64,000 bases of DNA from Raillietiella orientalis (lineage: Eukaryota): positions 3,844,001 through 3,908,000 of the forward strand of contig JAYWIR010000014.1 in assembly GCA_036172245.1 (NCBI GenBank), read 5' to 3'. Of this stretch, positions 1-10,247 are shown one piece after another (position 1 is the first letter of the stretch; every line of letters starts with the position of its first letter). The notes below the pieces were generated by a model, which was given only the letters and a program-made list of their open reading frames with translations, was not told the DNA's origin and did no database searches. A program made the translations under genes and the position numbers.

Positions 1-2063
1 CCGAGGAGGCGGGGCGCGAGGGGACGCGTCGGCTGCATGCGCCTGCCTGCTGGCCAGGCATCCCGTCGGGAAGCGACGGCGTCTGCTTCCCGACGGAAGA
101 AACTGGGAGGAGAGGGCGTTTCCGGTCGAGGAGACGCCGGTCCCGATTGGGAACGGCGGCGGCTGCGGGGGGAAGATGAAGGGAGGAGGAACGACCCCTG
201 GATCAGGGAAAGCTGCGCCGCCGCCGCTGCGCTGCTGGCCGCTTGCCAGCGGCGCGTCCTCCGCTGCCCTCCGGCGTCCTCGCAGCCGCCGTCCGTGCCT
301 CCTTGGGGGGAAGAGGGGGGGGGAACCCATCCGTGCGGCGCGGCGCCCTGTTGGGTTCTTTGCATGTTTCCTCGCGCTCCCTAGCAGCGGAGGAAAGGGT
401 GAGCGGACGGGAGCAGCTTCCGGGAAGTGGGGGGCGAGTGAGGGTGGGGTCGGCGACAGAGAGCGGCTGGTCCCCGAGAGAGGGGGGGGAGAGAGGAAGG
501 GGCCCATCTCGTTCCCTTTTCCAGAGGAGTGGGAGTGTCCGGTGCGCCGGAGAGGGACATCCACCCTCCCCGCCCCTGCAGTGATGGCGGAAACGGGCGT
601 GTGGCGTGGCCTGCCCTCCGCCGGGATGCTCGCCGCGCTCAGGGGCTTCCCGGAGTGGTGGTCGATCGCGCCTGGAAATCCGCGGAAGCGCGAGGCGGGA
701 GTGTCGCGGGAGTTGAAGAAGGAGGGGGTGGACAGGATCAGCGAGGACAGGAGGGAGGTAGAACGGGAGGGGAGAGTCTCCTGTTGGGGGAGCATCCCAG
801 AGGCAGGAGCATCGTCATCGTACCCCTCCCACCCCTAGTGTCTCCCCTGCGCTGCCTTTCCTTCCCCCCCCCAACGATGCATGGGAGAGAAGCTACGTCT
901 CCTGGAGACGCAGCAGCATTTCCCGTGGCGGACTCCGGACCACCACTGCCGCAATCCTCTTTTTGCCTTTCCGGCGGCGCTGCCACTGCTTCCCTTCCTC
1001 TCCGCTGGAGGGGGGGCTCGTCGCCAGCGGAGCGCTTGCGCTGCTCCTGCGACGTGGCGGCGTGTCCGTTTTGAGTCCTCCCTCCCTCCCGCGAGGGACG
1101 GAGGGAGGAAGAGGGGGATGGCTCACCCGGCAGCATCCGAACCTCTCCGCGAGAGGGGCCTCGTTCGCTTACCAGGCCCTCCGGAGAAAGGCGGCGGTGG
1201 GAGGGAGGGGCGGGGTGAAAGAGGAGGCGAGTGAAAGCAAAGAAATTTGGGCGCAGATCTTCCGCCGCCGGATGCAGAGCGCTGCGCGGAGGCTGCGCAG
1301 GGACTTTTTCAAACCGTCCAGGGCCACCTCGCGAGCCAACTCCTCCCGCCGAGGGTCTTTCCACCGTCCCTCGGGAACGCCGATCAGCTCTTCTTTCCCC
1401 TCGGCCAGAAGGCTGGCGGACGACCGGCGCATGTCCTCACCCCCCCCCCCCCCCCACGGCACTCCATGTTTCCCTGGCAACCTGTCGAGCTGGCAGAGAG
1501 CGACGAGACGACCCCTCGCTGGCCGGGAAGCGAAACTCAGGCCTCCTGGTGTTCTCCAGGGAGTGTGTCCTCCCCGAGAGACCCTCAGGACTCTCTCCCA
1601 GGGTCGGAGCGAGAGCCACCTCGGCCCCCTTTCTCCCCGGGGGAGAGCCCCGACGGTCCGGAATGCGCTTCCCCCGGGCGAGAAAAGAGACGAAGAACTG
1701 CTTTGGGAGGGCAACGGGCGTGCGTGGGGAAGCCCTGGCGAGCGGGAGCGGTCCAGAGGTCATCCGAGCGGCCAGCGAGGGAGATCCTTTTTCTCCTTCC
1801 TCCCTCAGTGGAGCCTGTCGACTCTCTGCAGGGCCGACGGACGGAAGGGTCAGGCGCCCCTTCCCAGAGCGTCCTACCTCTCCTTGTCCGCGCTGGCGCC
1901 TCAGCTTCCCCTGCTCCTTCATCGCGTGGCAGGGGAGGGGGAGGCAACTCTTTCTCTCCCTTCCCCTCCCCATGGCACCCCACACCCCCGCGGTTTCTCC
2001 CCTGCAAAAACAAGGCCGAGCTTCCGCGAGATGACGCGTGCCCACTGTTGCGCCCTCTTCCTC

Positions 2064-2069
2064 TTTAAT
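2064..2069 (-). terminator. Putative polyadenylation signal (ATTAAA) of the GMC gene
   Basis: ATTAAA on the minus strand ~115 nt downstream of the TGA at 2185-2187, in otherwise very GC-rich sequence. Confidence 0.5.
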
Positions 2070-2184
2070 CGCCGCCTCCTCGGCCGGTTCAGGGGAGTGC
2101 CGAGAGGCGGTGCTGCTGCTGGGTTCAGGGCGTCGCGCGCTGCATCGGTGGCGGGCAGCGGCGGAGGGGGGCGGGAGATGGTGT

Positions 2185-5100
2185 TCAGATCCCCCAATGC
2201 TTCTTGATGAGGTCTGCGGCCTTCTCGCCCACCATGTAGCACACCGCCTGGATGTTTCCGGAAGTGATGGTCGGGAAGATGGAGGCGTCCGCCACGCGGA
2301 GGTTGCTGATCCCCTGGACCCTTTGGGGTGGGGAGAAAGGAGAGAGCCTTTTCCCGGCCACACCTTTTCTCCTCTCTCTCTCACCTCAGCTGGGGGTCCA
2401 GCACGGCGTTCGGGTCTCCTGGCCTGCCCATGCGGCAGGTGCCCGTCTCGTGGAAGTTGGTCCAGCTGAACACGCGGATGTAGCAGTCCCAGTAGTCGTC
2501 GCTCCCCTGGGGCAGGTGCTCGCACCCGGGGAGATGCACCGGGAAGTACCGCACGCCAAATTCCTGGAAGGGCTTGCTCTCCATGATGCGCATCAGCAGC
2601 TTGATGCCCTCGATGGCCGTCTTGGCATCGTGGGGGTCCTTGTACCAGTTGGTGGTGATGACAGGCCTGTCGTACGGGTTGGTGCTCCGCAGGCGGACGT
2701 TGCCTCTGCTGCGGGGGCGGTTCACGTACAGCGGGACGTGAACGCTGTGCCGGTAGAAGAGCGGGCGGTACGCCTCGAGCACCTGGCAGAAGGAAGGAGA
2801 GTCAAGACCGGGGAGGACATGAGACCGGCGCACCTCCCGTCGGATGTTGGTCACGTGGAGGAAGGTGCTGCCGCCGTCGTTGGTGATGATGTTGAAGGAC
2901 TCGAACTCCATCTGGATGTCGGGCCAGGAGGTGTCGTTGTTGAGTGGGGTGTTGACGAAGGCCAGCGAGTCGATGGGAACGCCCCCCAGGGGACCTGCGG
3001 TGGGGATCGTGATTAGGAAGCAGAGGGGGGAGGAGAAGGTGCCGCCACCCTTTCTCCTGCTGCTGGACGCTACCCTGACCCCCACCCGTCCCTGCGCAGT
3101 CCCCGGCCCGCTCTCCTCACCTTTCCCGTTCTTGTGCAAGAACTCGAGGTAGTTCTTGTAGTTGAGGATGATCGGGAAGAGCAGCAGGGACGCCGGCTTC
3201 TCCGTACTGAAGGTCAGGCCGCCGACCGATACATGGCTTTCCATGTTGCGTCCCACCGGCAGGTCCTGCAGCAGCCAGATCTGCGGGAGCACACAGAGTG
3301 GGCGCGCGTCAGTGAGGCGCCTCCAAAGAGCGCAACTGTGGGACGTGGGCGAGGGAAGGAAGGAGGGGGAAGGGAAGGGGGGGAGTGAGGAAATCGCGAG
3401 ATGGCCTTTCAAGAGAAGGTGCCGCCGGGCTTCGACAGCCACCAGACTTAGCCACCGGTGGCTGTGGCGGCGGAGATCGAAGCGCGTTGCAGGGAGGAGT
3501 GTGATCCCACCCCTTCTTCCCTCCAAAGGCCTGGGGGAACAAGGCGCGCGCGCGCGTGCACCCACGTACGTTGTGTCGGCGCAGCTCCTCCGCCGGGCCG
3601 ATCCCGGACAGCATGAGCAGCTGCGGGGTGCCGAAGGCCCCGCACGAGAGAATGACCTCCTTGGAGGCGTGGGCCGTGAGGGTGAAGCCATGCCGGAGGA
3701 TGCGCACGCCGATGGCCTTCTTGTCGGCGAAGAGCACCTGCGGGGCATCAGCCCTCCTCCGCGCTTGCGGGGGTGGGGGGCTCACCTGGGACACCATCCC
3801 GTTGAGCAGCACTTTCAGGTTGGGTCTCTTCTTGATGGGCTTCAGGTACGCCTTGGCTGCGCTGAACCTCTTGCCCGCCAGCGTCGTGGTCTGCGACAGT
3901 GAGAACCCTGGGGAGGGGGGGGGACTGTTAGAGGAAGGAAGAGGGGTAGCCCAGGAGGACGCTCCTGAACACGAGGAACACCGCCCCAGGAAGGAAAGGA
4001 GGTCCTGCGGTCCGCCGGACCGGGGAGGAGCTTTCTCACCCTTGCCCGCGATGCACTCCGGCCTTTCCTTCCTTCCAGGACCCTCCCCGTTCCCCCTTGC
4101 TTGCTTGCCTGTCTGGTTGAGCCCATTGTAGTCCACAACGTCGTAGCCGAGCTCCTTGCCTGCTTGCAGCCATGCCCTGGACAGGGGTGTCACAAAGCTG
4201 GGGTAGGAAACGGGCAAGGGACCCTGCGTGCCGTGGAACCTCCCTGGAGTAGAGCGGGTTTGCACCCTCGAGGTCACTCTCTTTCCTTCCCTCCCCACCT
4301 TTCCTCCCACTTCCAGCTTGCGCCTCGCGACAGGGAAGGGGGCACCCGAGAAGGGAGTGGGTGGGGTAGGGGATCGGAGGCCTGGAGGACCTGGAGGAGG
4401 GACTGAAGGAACAGGAGGAATGCTGTTGCCGAGGAAAAACAGAGAGGGGGAGCTCGGTTACCCCCCGGTCATCTCGGACCCGGGTGCTTCGGAGCACTGA
4501 GATCGCCCTCTCAGGCAGGCGTGTCGCCTTCCTCCTCGCCGCCAAAGGGGGAAGGAAGAGCAGGAAACCATCTCCGGTCAGGAGGGGCGTCGCAGCGCCC
4601 GCGCGGAAGCTCAGGGGGTTGCTGGAGGACGGAGTGGGCTGGGCGCAATTCCTGCCCTCTTCCGCCTTCCCCTTCTTGACCCCCTTGTCCCAGGAGGGAA
4701 TTCGACCCTCCCGTTGACCTTACGGAACCCATGTAGTGAGGGGGGGAAGGGGAGCTCTGGCACTCCCGTCGCCCCCTCTTCTCCGTGTCTCCTGGAGGGT
4801 GTGCTCCAGGGGAGGCGGCGGTGCCCTGAGGCGACGGAAGGGCGACCTCCCTCCTTGTCTGCTCACTTCGCCCTCCCTCTCGGCGGGGAAGAGTGAGGGC
4901 GAGGGGGGAAAGGAGTCCCGTCCCTTCTGCTCAGAAGACGGAGGGCGGGGGAGCGGGGAGGGAGTTGGTTCTTTTTCCCTATCCCTCTTTTCCTTTGAGG
5001 AAGGGGGGTGGGGTGCACCTCCACCGCAAAGGGGTGGGTGGTCGGAAGGCGCTTTGGCCCTTCAGGGCGGATCCTCGACTGAAGGGAATGGGAGGAATGG

Positions 5101-5717
5101 GTGGAGGAAAATGGTAAAAGAAGAGGCGCTCCCCTCGCCTTCTCCCTCGCGTGCACCGTCCCCGCGGATCTCACCGTCCTTCCTCAGCTGAGGGATCTGG
5201 ATGTTCTCCAGTTTCCGGAAGTAGGGGAGGACGTCCTCGTACCCCCAGCCCTCGTTCCCTAGGGACTCCCACAGGTCGAAGTCCTTGCGGTTCCCCCGGA
5301 CGAAGGCCAGGGCGTTCAGGATGGTGCTCCCGCCTAGCGCCTTGCCACGGTTCATCCGGCACCTCTGGAAGAAGGGAGGAGGTTCGTATGGGAAGAGAAG
5401 ACGGGGGGGAGACACCCCGTGGACAGGGAGAAAAGAGATCTTCTGCCTCCTTCCTCCTCTAAGGAGACGCGGTCTCCCGTCACCCGACTCCTGACGCCGG
5501 AAGGGGAGGAGGACGAAGGCGACGACGGAGGGTGAGCGGAAAAGGGGCAGCCTCTCGCGGAGCTCCCTTCCTGAGGTGCGGGATTCACTCTCTCCCCCAT
5601 CCTTTCCCCTTCTCCTTCCCCCTTCCGCCACCCCTAGTGGACCGCGGCCGAGTGGAGTGCGCGAGGCAGTCGCGCACTCCGCCTCCGCTTGTCCCGAGGG
5701 GGGGAGAGGAAGGGAGG

Positions 5718-5757
<40 letters not shown>

Positions 5758-8679
5758 CTTCCGCCGGGAGCGCTCCCTGAGGCTCCGGGTTTCTCCCTCC
5801 TCCTCCTATCGAAGGGGAGGAGGAGTTCGTCCGGGTCCGGGGACATGCGAGATCGGCCGGCTGCTTTCCTGACCCTTCCGCGAGGGGGAGAGGGGAGGAG
5901 GGGGGTTATGTCCTCACCCCATCCACGAAGCCGAGACAGTTGAAGGACTGCGGCTCCGACAGGAACTTCCAGTCGTATTGGGTGTTGGTGGTGAGGAAGA
6001 TGCCCACGGGGACCTCGGATAGGAAGGTCCCGTCGGACCCCGCCTCGATCAGCAGCACTGAGGTCCCGGGGTCCTCGGACAGCCGGTTGGCCAGCACGGA
6101 TCCTGTCGCTCCTCCTCCCACTGGAAAGAGGGAAAAAAGGAAGTGACCGCCGCGCCTGGGTAGAGCGCGCGCGCGGGACAGAGGGGGGCTGCGTGCTTTC
6201 GATGGGGGGAGTCCTTCCCTTCCTCCTCCCAGGAAGGGGAGGCTCCTCGAACCTTCACCTTCCAAGACCCGGGGGGGCAGGGGTGCGAGTAGCGCGTGGG
6301 GGACTTCCGGTCGTGCCGCCGCGGCACAGTGACGCCTTTTCTGTCTTCCGCGACCCTCGAGGGGCTCTCCGGAAGGCGGAAAAGGAGGTACTGCTCTTCC
6401 AGGGGGAAGACGACCTCTGAGAGCAGCGAGGGTCAAGGGGACCTCCCTCAAGCAGAGAGGGGCCGTAGGGAGGGGTCCCCCTCCACTGCAGCCGTCTTTC
6501 GCGCGCTTTTCACTCCCACGCCGCCGTCGCCATCTTGAAGACGAGGGATGGCAGCACCCTCCCGAGCTTTCTTCCCTGGCATCGTCCGGTCCGGGATGGT
6601 GGCCGTCGCTGCGGACGAGGGAGAGGAGGAGGGTGAGTCCGCATCGACAGTCGGCGCTCCCGGAGCGCCCTCCCTCTCCCCCCTCCCACTTCGGTGCAGC
6701 GTCGCACTCGCCCATCTCCCGCCGCGACGCCCCGGCTGAGCCAAAGATGCAGGCGTTCCCGGAGGCGAGGAGCGCGCGACGACCGGGAGGTGGCAGGAAG
6801 AAGGACGACGGGGTGATCAGGGAGAGGGGACCGGGCGCGCGCCCCGTTCACCAGCCGGACGCGTCTGCCGGCCTCCTCTTGGCCGTTCCCCTGCCTAGAA
6901 GGGGGGGGGTAGGATCACTCCCGGCCCCAGTGCCTGTCCCTCCCCGCCGGGGCAGCGAGACCGGCTTGCACCCCGCTCCCTTCCGCTGCCGCCTTCCATC
7001 CCAGGAAGGGAACGCGCGTGCTCTCAGACCGCTCCGGAAAGCAGGGAAGATGGTCGCATCTCTCGGATCTGCCCCGGTCGCGGGGGCGAGAGGGCAGGGT
7101 GCGCGCGTGAGCGCGGGGGAGACGAGTCGTCCGGAGGCCGCGCAGGCCACCGCCCCGTGTTCCTCGACGGTCAGCGCCCGATCGTAAATACCCGGCGACG
7201 CGCTGCCGTCAGCAGAACCGCCCGGAGGCTCGGAGGATTTTCCCAGGAGATGTGCACGTGGGGCCGCGTGACAGTGGGGGCTGGGGAGAGGGCGAGGGTC
7301 GCTGCTGACGTTACCGACCACGACCGCTGCCCTTCCGTCCTTCCCCTCCTCCGCGGATGAGCGGGAGGGGGAACATCGGCACAGATCCGAGGTTCAGGGA
7401 GCATCCCGGGATGGCGGGGAGGCGACGACTCCACCGCAATGCCTCCTCCCTACTGGGGAGCGAGCAAGAGGGATGATGGGGAGAGGACAGGGCGCGCGCG
7501 TCCCGGAGGGTCTCCCGTTTCCCCGGCCTCTCCTCCGGAGGTCCACCCTCCCCCGCGCCCCCGCGGCAGCGGCGCAACCGAGGTGGAAGGAGAAAGTCCG
7601 CGCGTGCGCCACCGCCTCCGGCGTCGACCTTTCCGCGACCCCCTCCAGTCTCCCGCTCGCGTGCGCGCGCGCGCCCTCGCGACTTTCTCCCGGAGCCTCG
7701 GATGCCGCGCTCGGCGTTTGAGCGCGGGGCGACCGCCGCCCGTCTCTCGAGGACCGAGCGACCTTTGCAGCGTGCGGCTGCGGGGCGGCCTTACCTGTGG
7801 GGCTTCCGGCTCCCTCGAGCGGCAGCCCTAGAAACCCACAAACATCGCGTCAGAGCCCGAGGCAGACTCCCACCTTTTCGGTGCGAAAGAGGGGTCGGGT
7901 AGGGAGCTCGTTCTTCCCCGTCCCTTCGCCCCTTTCCCTCTTATCCGCGGGAGCATACTCTCCCCCCCCTGCTTCCCTTCCCTCCACCATCCCCCCCCTT
8001 TCCTCTCCCTTGGCTGGAGGGCGCCCATCGCCCGCGGCGACGACGCCCCGCGGAGGGCAGTGTGCGGGGGGCGAAGGGGGGAGGAGGGGTGAGTGGGTCC
8101 CTGAAGACTGGTTCACTCCCATCGAGGCGTGGATCTCACCGCACCACGGCCACCGTTGCTCTGTCCGGCTCCTCCTCCTCCCTCTAGCTTGAGTTCTCCC
8201 GCTTCCCCCCTCCCGGTGGCTCAAGATGCATGCCAAGGCAGCTGCCCCTTCGGGAAATGAAATGCCCCCTCCCCCTGCAAGCTGATGCCGGCGGGGCTGG
8301 TTGCGGAGGGGAAAAGAAAAGAGGAGGAGTCGCCCCGCACCCTTCTGCGACTGATTCCTCTCCCACCCTCCTTTTTCCGAACGTTCCCCTGCCTCCCGAG
8401 ACTGCAACGGGCACACTCCAGGGGGCGTTTCCCCCTCCACTCCCCGGAAAACGCCTTCCAGAAGAGCGGAGGTGGCTTACAGCGGGAGGGAGAATAGAGG
8501 TGGGGTGGGGTGTGCGCGCGCCACTCACCGATGATGAAGTCGTAGACCCTCTTCAGATCAGGGATGAAGAAGTTGCTGAAGCCCGTGGGGTTGTCCAGCT
8601 CGTTCACCAGGTCGATGTGCAGGTTGATGAGAGAAGTCAGCACCAGGAAGAACAGGGAGGATAGGAGGAACACCGCCAT
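2185..8679 (-). CDS. GMC (glucose-methanol-choline) FAD oxidoreductase, glucose dehydrogenase [FAD, quinone]-like, 607 aa, hydrophobic N-terminus (signal peptide or anchor)
   Basis: Exons 8679-8529, 6120-5918, 5364-5175, 4243-4109, 3907-3786, 3737-3570, 3280-3121, 2994-2834, 2782-2385, 2320-2185 are phase-compatible (1824 nt). Motifs: [72 protein letters not shown] (catalytic His), [13 protein letters not shown] (catalytic Asn). Start context gccagccATGG. Intron 4 is GC-AG. Confidence 0.95.
5722..5753. repeat. (AG)16 microsatellite in GMC intron 2
   Basis: Perfect AG dinucleotide run. Confidence 0.95.
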
Positions 8680-9084
8680 GGCTGGCGGCGGGGGCGGCTG
8701 TGGCTACGGCAGACGACGTGGGAGTCTCTGGAAGTGCGGAGGCTTCCCGAAGAAGTTTTCCACGGTCCGAGAGCAACGCCTCTGGCGAGTTCGCGCGGGG
8801 GAGCAGTAGGAGAAGGGTAAGGAGGGTCCGGCGGGGGTCACGTCCGGCCCGTCCTCCTCGAACATCTCGGGAAAACGCCGCGAGGCCTGGCAAGAATAGT
8901 TCCGGGTGCGGGCGCGGGCGCGGGCGCGGAGGCGGCGGCGGCAGAGGCGGAGAGGCGCAGCATCCAGAGGGAAGGCGTGATGGTGGGAGGTCGAAAAGGA
9001 CAGAGGGGGACAGATCTGGGTCCGGTCGGGAGGTCCAGGCGAGGGAGAGCGAAGCTCAGGGGCCACTGGACGCACGCGCCTGAG

Positions 9085-9092
9085 CTTATATA
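9085..9092 (-). promoter_or_regulatory. Probable TATA box (TATATAAG) of the GMC gene
   Basis: Isolated TATATAAG in GC-rich DNA, ~25 nt upstream of an Inr-like CCAGT (~9069-9065) and ~400 nt upstream of the ATG. Confidence 0.55.
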
Positions 9093-9275
9093 TGCGAGCG
9101 AGCGCGGGGGCTACTGTGCTTCCCTCTCTCAAGGACGGCGGGAAAAACTTGGACTTCTCTTTTCCTCTTGACTCTCTCTTGGAGGGACTCGATCGCCGCC
9201 TGCCCGCAACGCCCGGCAGCAGCTCTCGTCCGAGAGTCCACCCCCCCCCCCCTCCCATCAGCGGAGCGCCAATCG

Positions 9276-9296
9276 CGTCGTCGTCGTCGTCGTCGT
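9276..9296. repeat. (CGT)7 microsatellite
   Basis: Seven tandem CGT units. Confidence 0.9.
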
Positions 9297-9509
9297 TCTG
9301 GCCGAGATGCTGCTGCGATAGCCGTGGAGAGAAAGTTGGCCAGACGGAAGCCGTACACGCGGAGTACCGGCTGGCCTCCCGCCCGCCGGCAGGGAGTGAG
9401 GGGAGAAGAAAGGAGGAGCAAGGCGTGGCGAGATCCTCCCCCTCTCCTCCCTCACGGGCTACGCTGGTGAGCCGAGGGACTCCCAGCCGGTCCCCTCTCC
9501 CCGCCCTCC

Positions 9510-9620
9510 GTCGTCGGGGACACTGGAAGGAACGGACGCCAGCCGCCGCCGCCGGGGGGACTTCCGGAACACCCCCGGAGGAGGCGGCTGGAGTCCGTTC
9601 CTTCCAGTGTCCCCGACGGC
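9510..9620. repeat. ~111-bp near-perfect palindrome (foldback or MITE-like)
   Basis: 47-nt arms (CGTCGGGGACACTGGAAGGAACGGAC...CCGGGGG) match in reverse complement with 3 mismatches around a central TTCCGGAA. Confidence 0.9.
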
Positions 9621-9984
9621 ACTCCCCTCCCCTCCCCACTACGGAGCGTTGCCCCATCACCCGGTCTTCCCAGTTCCTTTCCCTCCCTCGCTCTTGGCGA
9701 GAGCGCGCGCCAGGGGGAAGACTCGAAAAATCTCGCCGGGCGCGGCTGCGCGCTCGTGCGCATCGGAGGACGCGGGAAGAGAACGGGCGGCCAGCGAACC
9801 TCGGGGAACGTCTGGAGAGAGGAGGCGACCCGCCTGGTGCATTTCCCGAGACGTCCCCTCCGGGTGGCTCGAATGAACGGAGGAAGGGGGAGAGGGTAGG
9901 GAATAACCTCTGGGTGGTTTTTTTTCTTGCTCCTCCAGAAGCGACAGGTCCGCAACCGCGGCGACGAACAAGGAGTCCGTGCGC

Positions 9985-10082
9985 GCGCATGCGCCATAAT
10001 AATGTTCGTGGTGTGGCGCGCGCCGCGGCTTGTGTGCGCGTTTGTTTCGCCGCTGACTGTTTTCACCGTTGCTACTGGAAAC
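9985..10082. promoter_or_regulatory. Candidate promoter: NRF1/Ewg palindrome plus RFX X-box
   Basis: GCGCATGCGC at 9985-9994 and GTTGCTACTGGAAAC at 10068-10082 in CpG-rich DNA. Confidence 0.45.
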
Positions 10083-10192
10083 CGAGGCGCGGCCGGAGCC
10101 TTTTTTAGTTTTCCTTTTTTTGCCCTGCCCCCTCGTCTCCATCGCGCGCACGCGTTCCTTGCTTCCGCGTGCTTTGCGTGAGGTGTCCCAGG

Positions 10193-10247
10193 ATGCTCTC
10201 GTCCTCGGCAAGGACAGTCCCCCCTCCCCTTCCCCCTAAATCAACTG
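10193..10247 (+). CDS. Candidate first coding exon of GRIP (MLSSSARTVPPPLPPKST)
   Basis: ATG ~110 nt downstream of the X-box, ending in a phase-1 G|GTGAGC donor compatible with the phase-1 GRIP exon at 20878. No homology support. Confidence 0.3.

Noticed and set aside
2230..2262. SGNIQA instead of SGNTNA as loss of catalysis
   Set aside because: The catalytic position is the first Asn, which is kept; Gln two residues later occurs in active GMC enzymes such as aryl-alcohol oxidase.
2783..4108. Four of nine GMC introns are stop-free multiples of 3 (51, 126, 48, 201 nt)
   Set aside because: About three expected by chance, and stops are rare in GC-rich DNA.
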